A stretch of DNA of 59,574 bases, filler included, from Diploschistes diacapsis (lineage: Eukaryota): NCBI GenBank assembly GCA_023645945.1. It is 5 parts of 5 records of this genome, joined end to end, with 100 filler letters (N's around TTAATTAATTAA, not from the genome) between each part and the next. Parts side by side here need not be neighbours in the genome. Positions count along the whole stretch, not along the records: positions 47,755 to 59,574 come from JALAIB010000799.1; 4 more parts are not named here. One strand, 5' to 3'. Below the pieces are notes generated by a model. That model had not been told where the DNA came from, did no database searches, and worked only from the letters and a program-made list of their open reading frames with translations. Below, one piece after another: positions 59,038 through 59,574 of this stretch (position 1 is its first letter; each line of letters starts with the position of its first letter). Position numbers and translations under genes: made by a program.

Positions 59038-59574
59038 TGGATCCGACGAATAAAAAAGAATATTAATATCGATATCGACCAATATTCCGTGTTCTCTTTT
59101 TTTTTCTTTCCCCCGCCTTGTTAAATGCACATGCCACCCGCCCCATTCGTGCTCCTGTTTCAATGGCCGTCCAAGTCTCGCTCACTTGGCCCACCCACCC
59201 AGCGCCGAATTTCTTTTTCCGCCCCCCCACTCTGCCACGGAACCGCCTTTTTTTTTTTTTTTTCTTCTTCTTTTTCTTCTTCTCCCCCACCGGCCCCCCC
59301 AGACCGCGGGAAGGTTATATATATCGCGAGAAAACACAGCGAAGCGCGACGGAAGGGACAAGACAGAAGATAGAAGCGGTCGAAGAAAAGGGAAAAAGGG
59401 GGGAAGGGTAAGGAGAGAGAAGCGGAGAGGAGAAAGAGGAGAAGTAGAAGGAGAAGAAGAAGAAGAGGAGGAGCAGGAATCGCCGTGGAAAGCGGAGTGG
59501 AGTGGAGCGAAGCCCCGTGGGGACGGGGAAGTACGGTAGATAGACGAGGAGGAGAAACGATGGAGGGGGGGGGG

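Noticed and set aside
1..59574. tRNA, rRNA, snRNA genes and telomeric arrays
   Set aside because: None recognised by eye; only isolated TTAGGG hexamers. A covariance-model scan would be needed to exclude small RNAs.

Overview
Eukaryotic (filamentous ascomycete, Pezizomycotina-type) genomic DNA with short spliceosomal introns. The window is not one locus: it is five contigs (1-11848, 11949-23793, 23894-35732, 35833-47654, 47755-59574; lengths 11848, 11845, 11839, 11822, 11820) joined by artificial 100-bp N44-TTAATTAATTAA-N44 spacers, apparently in size order, so adjacency across spacers carries no meaning. About 21 genes can be read. Contig 1: DOCK-family GEF (3' truncated), PTH11-like GPCR, 6PF2K/FBPase-2. 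Contig 2: RPS27, Gemin2/Brr1, Yap-like bZIP (Fcr3/RsmA-like), phosducin-like Plp2, gamma-COP SEC21. Contig 3, bounded by transposon ends: DHA1 MFS, tyrosyl-tRNA synthetase, GPI-anchored protein, frameshifted MFS pseudogene, DUF3074 protein. Contig 4: SesA-domain protein, MFS-like membrane protein, DUF427, kinesin-6, Upc2-like Zn2Cys6 factor, partial MFS. Contig 5: low-complexity orphan, NmrA-like reductase, Swi5/Sae3, 4-TM Ser/Pro-rich protein. The best leads are: (i) a SesA/HeLo-like domain followed by a charge-free, amyloid-like motif and a TPR-like tail with no visible NACHT/NB-ARC, a candidate amyloid-signalling cell-death module; (ii) apparent non-canonical introns (GA-AG in SEC21, GT-GG or a cryptic acceptor in TyrRS, two GC-AG); (iii) recurrent ~1-kb C-rich-to-G-rich strand-skew inversions that ignore gene orientation; (iv) a RIP-like gradient across transposon subterminal repeats. 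Family assignments come from motif recognition by eye; no searches were run.
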